Assembly (NCBI GenBank): GCA_964538235.1
Contig: CAZIFJ010000001.1
Span: 31,348-95,347 of the forward strand
Source of the DNA: Candidatus Woesearchaeota archaeon
GTDB taxonomy: Archaea; Nanobdellota; Nanobdellia; Pacearchaeales; GW2011-AR1
DNA: 64,000 nt
Direction: 5' to 3'
Positions 28,981-38,273 of this stretch are shown one piece after another; the stretch's first letter is position 1; each line of letters starts with the position of its first letter. The translations under genes and the position numbers were made by a program. The notes beneath the pieces were generated by a model, which saw only the letters and a program-made list of their open reading frames with translations, was not told the origin of the DNA and made no database searches.

Positions 28981-29619
28981 ATGCTTAAAATATTAAGAGA
29001 TTTTTCAAAGAGGATATTATATTCCATATTTAAGAAAAAAGAGAATATAAAAATTGGTTTATATGGCCCACCAAATTCTGGAAAAACTAGCTTAGCAAAC
29101 TTGATTTGTAAAGATTGGACTGGTGAAGAATTAGGAGCAGTTAGTAAAATTCCTCATGAAACAAGGCATGTTCAATTCAAGGAAAAAATAGAAATTAAAT
29201 ACAAGGGAAAAAGTTTGATAATGAAAATGATTGATACACCTGGAATTGCAACAAAAATAGATTATGAAGATTTTTTGAAATATGGTGTAAATAAAAAAGA
29301 AGCGAAAAAAAGAGCGCGAGAAGCTACTCAAGGAATTATAGAATCTATTCAATGGCTAGATGATATGAATGCAGTTATTGTTGTTTTAGATTCAACAGGA
29401 AATCCTTATTCTCAAGTTAATATTACAATAATCGGAAATTTAGTAGCGAGAAAAATTCCGGTTTTGATTGTCGCAAATAAAATCGATTTGAGAAAGTCAA
29501 GTGTTAAAAGAGTTGAAGCGGCATTTCCAGAATATGAGGTTGTTGGAATTTCTGCAAAAGAGGGAAAAAATCTAGACGAGTTTTATGAAGCCTTGTTTAG
29601 ATTGTCAAAGAAAATATGA
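28981..29619 (+). CDS. Era-like GTPase (OapA-like)
   Basis: GLYGPPNSGKTS, IPHETR, DTPG, ANKID, ISA. Confidence 0.9.
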   Translation: MLKILRDFSKRILYSIFKKKENIKIGLYGPPNSGKTSLANLICKDWTGEELGAVSKIPHETRHVQFKEKIEIKYKGKSLIMKMIDTPGIATKIDYEDFLKYGVNKKEAKKRAREATQGIIESIQWLDDMNAVIVVLDSTGNPYSQVNITIIGNLVARKIPVLIVANKIDLRKSSVKRVEAAFPEYEVVGISAKEGKNLDEFYEALFRLSKKI

Positions 29620-30026
29620 GTTTCAAAAATAAAAATACAAAAGAGAAAAAAATTCATGGACTTAGTTTACAAGTAATTCCATTTTCAGAAGTACAACAAT
29701 TATCTATTTCTGAAAGAGTAAAAAAAGTATTAAGTTTAGTTTTAAGCAATAAAGTTGTTATCTTACATGGGAGATTAAGAGCAGAAGAAGAGGCGAGATT
29801 AATTGAAGATACTATGGCCCTTGTAGGTAACTTAAAAAATTTTAAAGGAATAGAATTAGCAGTCATAGAGCCCGATATAAAAAATGAAAGTTTCTTTATA
29901 AAACTCAGACATGGAATAGCAAAAAGACTTGTCGGAGACAATAGTGCCTTGACAGTTATTGGTCCAGCTTCTATAATAAAAGACATAAAAAGAGATCCTA
30001 AGAAAATAGAGCTTTTATTAGGCTAA
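29616..30026 (+). CDS. DUF2073 protein (OapB-like)
   Basis: GRL.AEEEARLIEDTM...FKGIE, LTVIGPA; follows the GTPase. Confidence 0.85.
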   Translation: MSFKNKNTKEKKIHGLSLQVIPFSEVQQLSISERVKKVLSLVLSNKVVILHGRLRAEEEARLIEDTMALVGNLKNFKGIELAVIEPDIKNESFFIKLRHGIAKRLVGDNSALTVIGPASIIKDIKRDPKKIELLLG

Positions 30027-30064
30027 ACCAAAAGATTTAAATACAAATAAGATTAATCTTATTT

Positions 30065-30283
30065 ATGTTAATTGACACAACAAAAATGAGCTCAAGAGGA
30101 CAAGTAGTAATTCCTTTAGATATACGGAAGGGAATTAAAGAAGGAGACAAACTTATAGTCATTAGAAAAGATAATGAGATTATTATAAAAAAATCAATTC
30201 CAGAAACAGCGATATGGTCAGAAAGTTCATTATCAAAAACTTGGCTGAATAAAGAGGAAGACGAAATATGGAAAAATTTGTAG
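30065..30283 (+). CDS. AbrB/MazE-type antitoxin
   Basis: TKMSSRGQVVIPLDIR...GD; SE.SL.K.W...EEDE.W tail. Confidence 0.85.
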   Translation: MLIDTTKMSSRGQVVIPLDIRKGIKEGDKLIVIRKDNEIIIKKSIPETAIWSESSLSKTWLNKEEDEIWKNL

Positions 30284-30600
30284 GAGGAGATGTAGTTATT
30301 CTAAATTTTCCTTTTACAAATCTCTCAAATAAAAAAAGAAGACCTGCTTTAATTATTAAAGTTCCAAAGGGTGAAGATTTGATTGTCTGTCAAATAACAG
30401 GAAAATCATACGATTCTTCAGTTGAAGTGGTTTTAAAAAAAGAAGATTTTCAAGAAGGAAATTTAAAATTAGAAAGCTATCTCAGAATAGACAAAATGCT
30501 TTCAATTGAGAAATATTTAATAAACTACAAAGCAGGCTCATTAAAAAAAGAAAAATTTAATGAAATTCTAGATAAAATTTGTAATTTTCTAAAAGAATAA
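30268..30600 (+). CDS. PemK/MazF family toxin
   Basis: GDVVILNFPFTNLS..KRRPALII...CQIT. Confidence 0.9.
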   Translation: MEKFVGGDVVILNFPFTNLSNKKRRPALIIKVPKGEDLIVCQITGKSYDSSVEVVLKKEDFQEGNLKLESYLRIDKMLSIEKYLINYKAGSLKKEKFNEILDKICNFLKE

Positions 30601-30648
30601 AAAATAAAAATTCCCTCAGAAAATTAGAGGGAAAATAAAAAATTAATT

Positions 30649-31125
30649 TTATGGATCACAACAAATACAAGAACTTCCATCTTTAATAGCAATACTACAA
30701 GCAATGACATCTCCTGAAGAATTACTTCCAAGAAAACAAGTTCTAGGTTTACGATCAAAAGTATTACCTATAACTTTACATGCTCCAACACATGTATTTG
30801 AAGAACCATAGTTTAGTCTATCTGCTTCTTTTTTAATTGAACTAGCATTTGCTATAACGTGCTGTTTACATGATTGAATTTTATCAAAAATAGTACTAAT
30901 ATCTGTTTTACTATCAATTTTTTTCTCTAAATATTCAACAGCACTAGTCAGTACTTCATTTGTATAAAAAAGATTGTCAACTTCCTGCTTAGTATAAACT
31001 TCAGTTCCTTTTTTAGCAGATGAAACTTTTATAACATCTCCAGTCAACTTAACTGTCCCAAACACAACTATTCCAGAAACAATTAAACAAATAATCAATA
31101 CCATCCAAAAATCCTTTGTTTCCAT
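30649..31125 (-). CDS. Membrane-anchored protein with Cys-rich C-terminus
   Basis: N-terminal TM + TG motif, VYTKQEVD, terminal C-x3-C...C...CICC. Confidence 0.7.
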   Translation of the reverse strand: METKDFWMVLIICLIVSGIVVFGTVKLTGDVIKVSSAKKGTEVYTKQEVDNLFYTNEVLTSAVEYLEKKIDSKTDISTIFDKIQSCKQHVIANASSIKKEADRLNYGSSNTCVGACKVIGNTFDRKPRTCFLGSNSSGDVIACSIAIKDGSSCICCDP

Positions 31126-31217
31126 TTATTTCATTCCTCCTTTCATTTTCAAATAAGTTTTTCAAACTCAAATTTTTAATGGATATATATATATATCTTT
31201 CGTTCTTAACTAAGATT

Positions 31218-31616
31218 ATGCCCTACAAATGTGTTCATTGCGCAGAATTTTATGATGACGGCTCGCAAGAGCTTCTTATTGGCTGCAAAAATTGCGGTAG
31301 AAAATTCTTTTTTTATATTAAAAAGGAAAAATTTGAGTTAATGCAACAAATGCAAAAACAAGAAGAGATCGTTTTAACAGAAAAGGAAAAGAACCAGATG
31401 GAAGAAGACGTCAGGCAGATTGCAGGAATAGAAAACGAAGAAGTTCCAGTTTTTCTTGAATTTGAAAGTGTAAGTATAGTTAAACCAGGAAAATACTTAA
31501 TTGATTTGACAAAGCTGTTTGCCCAAAACAAACCAAGAATTTATAAGTTAGAAGATGGGAAATATATAGTTGATATGTCCTCTTCATCGAAAAATAAGAA
31601 TAATAGTATCATTTAA
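31218..31616 (+). CDS. DUF2072 Zn-ribbon protein (OapC-like)
   Basis: MPYKCVHC...GCKNCG.KFFFY, ESV.IVKPGKY.IDL, EDGKY. Confidence 0.88.
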   Translation: MPYKCVHCAEFYDDGSQELLIGCKNCGRKFFFYIKKEKFELMQQMQKQEEIVLTEKEKNQMEEDVRQIAGIENEEVPVFLEFESVSIVKPGKYLIDLTKLFAQNKPRIYKLEDGKYIVDMSSSSKNKNNSII

Positions 31617-31640
31617 AAATATATTTCTCCCTATCTCTTT

Positions 31641-32915
31641 ATGAAACTAAAACAACTTTTAAAAACTTTAAACTTTTTTCCAGAAGAAGAAACTTTAAAG
31701 AGACTCAAAAAAGACTCAAGTAATTTTAAAAAATTGCTTGAAGTAGAAATGAAATCTAAAAAAATTAAAGGTGAGATTTTTATCGGTGGAAGCTTTGCAA
31801 AGTCAACATTGGTTAAAAAAGAAATTTATGATATAGATTTTTTTGTTAGATTTGAAAAAACAAAAGAAAATATTTCTGAACTCCTTGAGAAAATAATAAA
31901 AGATATTTCAAATAAGAATAATTTTCAATATAATAAAATTCATGGGAGCAGAGATTACTTTAGGATTTCATATTCTAAAAATTATTTTTTTGAAATTGTT
32001 CCGGTTTTAAAAATTAAAAGGCAAAAGGAAGCAGAAAATGTAACGGATTTAAGCTACTTTCATGTTAAATATCTGAAGAAAAAATTAAGCTCAAAAAATT
32101 TAATTAATGAAATACTAATTGCGAAGCAATTTTGTATGGCTCAGGGCATTTACGGAGCAGAGAGTTATATAAATGGATTTTCAGGATATGGGTTAGAATG
32201 CTTGATTATTTACTATAGAACATTTGAGAAAATGGCGAAAGAATTATCTAAATCGAAAGAGAAAATAGTAATAGATATAGAAAAAAAATACAAAAACAAA
32301 AATGAAATTTTAATTTGCCTAAATCAAAGCAAATTGCAGGGTCCAATTGTTTTAATAGATCCAACATATAAAGAAAGGAATGTTCTTGCTGCACTATCTA
32401 ATGAAAGTTTTCAAAAATTTCAAGAATCCTTAAAAAATTTAATTAAGATTCCAAATGAATCTTTTTTCAGAGATAAAAAAATAAAAGAAAGTGAAGTTTC
32501 TTCTTTGGCAAAGAAGTTGTCTGGAGAATTTCTAAATATAACTATTTACACTGATAAACAAAAAGGAGATATTGCTGGCACAAAATTGAGAAAGTTTTCT
32601 AAATTTTTAGCATCCGAGATTTCAAAACGTTTTACAATTTTAAAGGAATATTTTATCTATAATGAAGAGCAAAAAGCAGATGTTTACTTTATTATAAAGC
32701 CAAAAAAAGAAATAATAAGGCAAGGACCAAAAGTTTCAATGAAGAAACATGTTTCTGCTTTCAAAAAAAAGAACAAAAAAACTTTTATAAAAAATAATAT
32801 AATTTATGCAAAAATAGAAAATAATATTCCTGGAAAAGAATATTTATCAAATTTTCATAAAAGCAGGGAACAATTATTGAGAGAAATGGGAATATCAAAT
32901 ATGTTTTTATTTTAA
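31641..32915 (+). CDS. cca: Class I CCA-adding enzyme
   Basis: GGSFAKST...DIDFF, YGAESYINGFSGY, DPT...RNV.AALS. Confidence 0.92.
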   Translation: MKLKQLLKTLNFFPEEETLKRLKKDSSNFKKLLEVEMKSKKIKGEIFIGGSFAKSTLVKKEIYDIDFFVRFEKTKENISELLEKIIKDISNKNNFQYNKIHGSRDYFRISYSKNYFFEIVPVLKIKRQKEAENVTDLSYFHVKYLKKKLSSKNLINEILIAKQFCMAQGIYGAESYINGFSGYGLECLIIYYRTFEKMAKELSKSKEKIVIDIEKKYKNKNEILICLNQSKLQGPIVLIDPTYKERNVLAALSNESFQKFQESLKNLIKIPNESFFRDKKIKESEVSSLAKKLSGEFLNITIYTDKQKGDIAGTKLRKFSKFLASEISKRFTILKEYFIYNEEQKADVYFIIKPKKEIIRQGPKVSMKKHVSAFKKKNKKTFIKNNIIYAKIENNIPGKEYLSNFHKSREQLLREMGISNMFLF

Positions 32916-32918
32916 AGA

Positions 32919-33584
32919 TTAATTTTCTCTAGAAGGACGTATACCGAGAGACCAATACGCATCATTAGGATTCTGGTAGAAACCAAAGCCAGTCGTAACA
33001 TAGCCAGAACCGAACCCTCCTATTCTTTCATCTAAATTATCTGGTTTTGAATTTGGTCTATAAATATAAGTATCTCTTCCACTAATCCATTTAACAATAA
33101 AATCAATTTCAGAAATTGAATCTTTTGTTCCAAGAAGAGTTTGATAAACTTCTACATCAGAAAGATTTTTTATGTAATCATTCATTCCAACAAAATCAAC
33201 TTCTCCAAAATAAGAATCATCCATTCCATAATTATGTATGATTCTATCTCTTTTTTTTGTTTTATATGGAATTTTTGTCAATGTCATAATATTTTTTTCT
33301 CTTACTAATTTTCCTAAAACTGTGTTTATTTTATATTTCTCATTTCCATCTTCAGAATCCAGCATTGCCTTAATTATATTATAAAATAAAGGAAAATCAG
33401 GAGTATAAAACTCTCCATTTTTCTGAGCTTTTCTCGAAAATTCAGCCAATTCATCTTGAGTTTTAGCACTTCCATTATCAAGATAATTTTTTAGTAAATC
33501 ATAATTTCCAACTTCTCCTCTATAAAGGACATTATTTATCGTCCAGAAATCTTTACTGTTTGCTAATTCACTTTTTATTTTAAA
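32919..33584 (-). CDS. DGR-target-like protein (C-type lectin-like C-terminus); start codon uncertain
   Basis: C-terminus ERIGGFGSG...GFGFYQNPNDAYWSLGIR resembles DGR variable regions; frame stays open 45 codons upstream of the TTG at 33449, up to the trmB stop. Confidence 0.6.
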   Translation of the reverse strand, partial: FKIKSELANSKDFWTINNVLYRGEVGNYDLLKNYLDNGSAKTQDELAEFSRKAQKNGEFYTPDFPLFYNIIKAMLDSEDGNEKYKINTVLGKLVREKNIMTLTKIPYKTKKRDRIIHNYGMDDSYFGEVDFVGMNDYIKNLSDVEVYQTLLGTKDSISEIDFIVKWISGRDTYIYRPNSKPDNLDERIGGFGSGYVTTGFGFYQNPNDAYWSLGIRPSREN

Positions 33585-34370
33585 TTAATTTCCACTATTT
33601 TTTATACTTTGCTCAACTATATTTGAAATTGATTCTGTAAAGAATGGAGAGTTAAGCCAGATAGCCATATGTTCATCAGAATTATCTGGCGTTAACATAA
33701 ATAAAATTTCTCTTTTGTCAGCAATAAATAATCTTGCGTTTGAATCAACAGATCTAGCTTTTATATTAAATCTTGTATTAACTTTCTTTATTTTTTCTTT
33801 ATCTCCTGATAGAGCAACTTTAACTTTAACATTATTCTTAGTTAATTTTTCTATGTAAGGAACTAAAACTCTACTTTTTTCTTCAAAGTCTAAAACAGAC
33901 GTACAGATTATTAATTCTTTTTTTACATTTTCTACAATTTCTCTTATTTTTCCTAATAAGTTTGATTTTCCTTTTATTGATCCAGAAATTTCATTTACTT
34001 TTATAGGAGTTATTCCGTTTGTATGTAATTCTTCTAATTCAACATATTCTTGAGTTTCTTTTAAGTCAGTCAATGAAACAACTTTTTCTTGTGCTTCGTT
34101 CATAACTTTATTTTTCATTTTCTCAACTACTTCAGTTGGTTTAACAGAAATGTATTTTACTGGCTTGCCTATTTTTACAATTGCAAATCCTTGTTTTTCC
34201 AAAGACTCTAAAACATCATAAGTTCTACTTCTTGGAACTCCTGATATTTCTGCAATTTCTCCTGCAGATGCGATTCCCTTAGAAAGTAAAGCGAACCAAA
34301 CTTTCGTTTCATAAATATTTAAATTAAAATATTCCTTTATTCGCTTTACTAAGTCTTGCTTTATCATCAT
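33585..34370 (-). CDS. TrmB family transcriptional regulator
   Basis: LNIYETKVW.ALL, SGVPRSRTYDVLESLEKQGF, GKPVKY. Confidence 0.92.
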   Translation of the reverse strand: MMIKQDLVKRIKEYFNLNIYETKVWFALLSKGIASAGEIAEISGVPRSRTYDVLESLEKQGFAIVKIGKPVKYISVKPTEVVEKMKNKVMNEAQEKVVSLTDLKETQEYVELEELHTNGITPIKVNEISGSIKGKSNLLGKIREIVENVKKELIICTSVLDFEEKSRVLVPYIEKLTKNNVKVKVALSGDKEKIKKVNTRFNIKARSVDSNARLFIADKREILFMLTPDNSDEHMAIWLNSPFFTESISNIVEQSIKNSGN

Positions 34371-34461
34371 AAAGGAACAACAAATAGATACTATTTAAAC
34401 CTTTCTCTTGTTATGACTTTTAGATAACAAACTTTATATATAGAAAAGTTCGTGAATAAAA

Positions 34462-34851
34462 ATGCAAGATAAAATGTTTAGCTTAAACGAAGCAAAATAT
34501 ACGGACGAAAGTTTAAATTTAGATTTTATCCTAAGAGATAAAGACCCATATAAATTTTATTTAGATAAGCTATTAGAGGTTCAAAGAAATGGTAACACAG
34601 TTTGTTTAGGTTATTATCTAGGAATTTCTAAAGATAATTCAAAACTTGTTTTAAGTCCAGTCGTAGTTAGAGAAACTATTTTTGCAAAAAATCTATTTAA
34701 TCAAGACAGATTTTTCTCTTATAGATTTGAAAATTTTCCTGCTTTTATAGAGAACTTCCAAATAGACCTCTTTCCTATTCGAGAAGAATATTTAAAAGAG
34801 TTGGTTAGAAACTCTCAAACACATATAAACGTTATAAGAGATAAACAATAA
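34462..34851 (+). CDS. Hypothetical protein
   Basis: 129-aa ORF with TTTATATA box upstream. Confidence 0.6.
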   Translation: MQDKMFSLNEAKYTDESLNLDFILRDKDPYKFYLDKLLEVQRNGNTVCLGYYLGISKDNSKLVLSPVVVRETIFAKNLFNQDRFFSYRFENFPAFIENFQIDLFPIREEYLKELVRNSQTHINVIRDKQ

Positions 34852-35746
34852 GCAAAGAAATAAAACATCCTGCTGAAATAAAAGGCATTGCAGGATAAAA
34901 CTTTCCTTTTTCAGAGAAATATAAAAGTAAACTTAATGCTAATGTTGCCCCAATTGAAATAATCAAAGCTGAAAAAATTCCATAAGCAAATAAAACAACG
35001 CCTGCAACAATTATCGGAAATACAACATCTCCTCCTCCGAGAAGAGCAACATGAACTTTTACTTTTTTCTTTTTCAGTTCTTTTTCAGTTAATTCCTTTA
35101 TTAATCTTCGGTCTTTATCATTTATATAAGGAACAAAAAATCCAGAAAATAATCTTAATTTTTGAATTTGATATTTCGCCATTTTTTGCATAAATCCTGC
35201 GTGCCAGACAGCATAAATGTCATAAAGAGAAATAAATATCAAAAGAAAAATTGTTGAAAATACATTCAACAAAGGGACAAAAATTGCAGCTATTCCTGGA
35301 TAAATTACAAGTTCAGATAAATTATGGACTAAAATATTCCTTCTATAAATTTTTACAATTGCTATAGGGAGAGCAATAATTAATGAAATTAATGAACCAA
35401 ATTTTACGCCAAGAAATAAAGAGTTAATCGTTATAGCGATTGCTAATGTAACAACAAACAAAAACCACGCTCTTAAAAAAGTTTCAGCCTTTAATTGCAT
35501 CAATAGAAAGATAATAAATACTGCAAAGATTATAGAAAAAATTATAGAGAATAAAACATCAATAGGACTTATTTCTTCATCTTGGCTCAATCCATAAGGA
35601 AGTTTATAATCTTTAGGAAAATTTTCTTCTAAATTTTTTATTTCTTTTTCATATAAACTATAATTCTTAACAACATAAATTCCAATTAATTGTGCAAGAA
35701 AAAACATTGCAATTATTAAAAAAGTTATTTTATGAGAGTGTTTCAT
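34832..35746 (-). CDS. Presenilin/SPP-like intramembrane aspartyl protease (A22)
   Basis: SLYDIYAVW, LGGGD, PAMP; multiple TMs. Confidence 0.9.
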   Translation of the reverse strand: MKHSHKITFLIIAMFFLAQLIGIYVVKNYSLYEKEIKNLEENFPKDYKLPYGLSQDEEISPIDVLFSIIFSIIFAVFIIFLLMQLKAETFLRAWFLFVVTLAIAITINSLFLGVKFGSLISLIIALPIAIVKIYRRNILVHNLSELVIYPGIAAIFVPLLNVFSTIFLLIFISLYDIYAVWHAGFMQKMAKYQIQKLRLFSGFFVPYINDKDRRLIKELTEKELKKKKVKVHVALLGGGDVVFPIIVAGVVLFAYGIFSALIISIGATLALSLLLYFSEKGKFYPAMPFISAGCFISLLIVYLL

Positions 35747-35800
35747 AATTTTTTATGTTTGTAAAGTTTATATAGTTACTTTAGCTTAAAAAATAAACGT

Positions 35801-36313
35801 CTAATCTCCTCTAAAAACATATTTTTCGCCTCTTTTATATACAATTCCTGCGTAAAATGGCTCTTCTTTTCCATATAAGGAAGTATATATTCCATTCATA
35901 ACGTTTCCTAAAAATCCAGCCACTTTTCTATTTCCAGAATTTGGCATATTTGCTTTTAGAGCATGACTCATATGTTGATTTTTTGCCCTTTGTATAATAT
36001 CTTCCAAGTCAGAATCTCCAAACATATCTACAATATATTTTCCATCTTCCGACTTATGTATTCTTGGTTTGTTTTTCCAGGTAGTTAATTTATCAACTCC
36101 TTCTATTAATTCTAAACTAAGTTCTGTAGGCGTTTCAGTTCCACTTCTAATATCAGGCAATACATTTTCTATATCTTCACTTTTACCTTGATAATAAAAA
36201 AATCCATAAGCTTCTCCAATTTTTTCACTTACTTTTCTTCCAGCTCTTCCGTCAATACAAATTTCTCTACCATTTTTATCAATAAAATCGTAGGATTTAA
36301 TTTCTTTTATCAT
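35801..36313 (-). CDS. Hypothetical protein carrying an OapC-derived segment
   Basis: ORF with its own TATA box; KNKPRIHKSEDGKYIVDM matches OapC QNKPRIYKLEDGKYIVDM; alternative start 36331. Confidence 0.75.
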   Translation of the reverse strand: MIKEIKSYDFIDKNGREICIDGRAGRKVSEKIGEAYGFFYYQGKSEDIENVLPDIRSGTETPTELSLELIEGVDKLTTWKNKPRIHKSEDGKYIVDMFGDSDLEDIIQRAKNQHMSHALKANMPNSGNRKVAGFLGNVMNGIYTSLYGKEEPFYAGIVYKRGEKYVFRGD

Positions 36314-36367
36314 AATTATAATCAGATTCATAACTATTTAAATCTTTCTATAGTTATTACTTTATAG

Positions 36368-38260
36368 TTACTTCAATCTCAATGTTTCCAAATTTCTCGG
36401 CGCGCTCGTTTCAACATGATTTAATTTATACAATGAAGAAGCTAAATCTAAACATTTTGAAACTTCTCCGTGATTTACAACAATTCTTCTAGGGCGAGGA
36501 CTCATTCTACTAACGTACTGCATTAATTCATTTCTTCCAGAATGAGCAGATAATCCATTTAAAGTCTCAACCTGCATTTTCACAATTACTTTTTCTCCTC
36601 CAAAATTTTTGTCTAATGAAACTTCTTTATTTCCTTCTTGAACTTGCCTTCCCAATGAACCAATTGCTTGGTAACATCCAAAAATAATTAAATTTCTAGG
36701 ACTATCTGCTAAATTCTTGAAATATTCAACAGATGCCCCCCCAATTAACATTCCCGACGTTGCAATAATGATACAAGGTCCCCCCTCAATAACTTCTTTT
36801 CTTTCAGCCGGACTTCCAACCCTTTTAAAAATATCTGATAAAAACGGATTATCATCCTGAAAAATTTTATTTCTAACACCAGCACTTAAAAAATCTGGAT
36901 ATGCAGTGTGAATTGCATTTATGTCCCAAACCATTCCGTCAATATAAACTGGAATTTTTGGAAGCTCTCCAAGTCTTATTGATTCTTCAACTCTCAAAAC
37001 AGTTTCTTGCGAGTGTCCAAGCCCAAGTTCAGGAAGAAGAATTTTTCCTCCTCTCTCAATTGTTTGCTTTGCCAATTCTAAAAATTTATTTTCAGTATCT
37101 CTTCTTTGAGGAAGAACATCATTTTTTGAGCCGTATGTTGATTCAATTGTTAAAGTTTCAACTCGCGGAAATCTATTTACAGCAGGGTCTAACAATCTTG
37201 TTTTTCCATAATTTGTATCTGCGCCATAAACTAAATTATGCAAACCATTTCCAATATTAATATGAACTTGAGCCGAGCCTAAAACATGTCCTGCATTGTA
37301 AAAAGTAATTCTCATATCAGGAGTTACATCTGTAACTTCCCCATACTCCAAGCAAATTGAGTGCCTTACCATTTCTTTTATGTCTTCTGCTTTGTACAAA
37401 GGTGCTTCAGCTTGTTTGTAAGCAACACCAACAAAATCTAAAGCTAATAGTGAAGCAATATCTCTCGTCGGAGCAGTCATATAAATTGGACCCCTATAAC
37501 CCATTTTATACAAGTAAGGAATTAATCCACTATGGTCTATATGAGCATGGCTTAAAATAATCGCATCAATTGTGTTAATATCGCCAACTTCTCCAATGTC
37601 AAAATACGGAAACTTTTCCTGTCCTTCGTCAATCGCAGGATTTATTCCACAATCTAATAATATTTTTGAATTTGGAGTAAAAAGCAACAAGCAAGATCTC
37701 CCAACTTGTCTCCCACTTCCTAAATAAGTAAGTCTGACCCAAATATCTTTTTTTTCAGGATTCCATTCTTTGTAAATTTTTTTCCCAATGTCATTCAAAA
37801 ATTTTCTTCTATAAACATTATTTGCATATAATACCGACCTAATTTTTTCAGTGATTTTACTTGCTATTGCAGGACTTCTCTGAACAGTTGGAAGCCAAAA
37901 CGTGCTCTTTTTTATATCTCCTAAAATAGAACCTTGTTTTCCAATAACTAATCCGGGTTTTTTCGCTTCAATTACAACCACGCTTCTTTGAACATCAAAA
38001 ATAATATTATTTATCTCTGCTTCTTCAGGAACTAAGGCCCTAATTGTTTTTTCAGTTTCTTCTTCAGGAGCGAGAATATCTTTTTCAGCTCTAAGTTCAA
38101 TTCTCTTTTTTATTTTATCAACAACAGATTTTATTTTTTCATCTCCATTTCTAAAAAATTCTTTGTCTTTCGTGTATAAAACTATATTTGCTCCTTCAAA
38201 TGTCGCATCACTTATTATACTTGGTAATTCTTCTTTAATACTTTTTAAAATATCTCCCAT
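36368..38260 (-). CDS. aCPSF1/FttA KH-domain beta-CASP ribonuclease
   Basis: FEGANIVLY, KPGLVIGKQG KH motif, SHAHIDH, AGHVLGS, SAHS, HGE. Confidence 0.95.
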   Translation of the reverse strand: MGDILKSIKEELPSIISDATFEGANIVLYTKDKEFFRNGDEKIKSVVDKIKKRIELRAEKDILAPEEETEKTIRALVPEEAEINNIIFDVQRSVVVIEAKKPGLVIGKQGSILGDIKKSTFWLPTVQRSPAIASKITEKIRSVLYANNVYRRKFLNDIGKKIYKEWNPEKKDIWVRLTYLGSGRQVGRSCLLLFTPNSKILLDCGINPAIDEGQEKFPYFDIGEVGDINTIDAIILSHAHIDHSGLIPYLYKMGYRGPIYMTAPTRDIASLLALDFVGVAYKQAEAPLYKAEDIKEMVRHSICLEYGEVTDVTPDMRITFYNAGHVLGSAQVHINIGNGLHNLVYGADTNYGKTRLLDPAVNRFPRVETLTIESTYGSKNDVLPQRRDTENKFLELAKQTIERGGKILLPELGLGHSQETVLRVEESIRLGELPKIPVYIDGMVWDINAIHTAYPDFLSAGVRNKIFQDDNPFLSDIFKRVGSPAERKEVIEGGPCIIIATSGMLIGGASVEYFKNLADSPRNLIIFGCYQAIGSLGRQVQEGNKEVSLDKNFGGEKVIVKMQVETLNGLSAHSGRNELMQYVSRMSPRPRRIVVNHGEVSKCLDLASSLYKLNHVETSAPRNLETLRLK

Positions 38261-38273
38261 GTTAAAAATAAAA

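Noticed and set aside
30611..30633. Hairpin TTCCCTC...GAGGGAA
   Set aside because: Single copy between convergent genes; adequately explained as a terminator-like structure.
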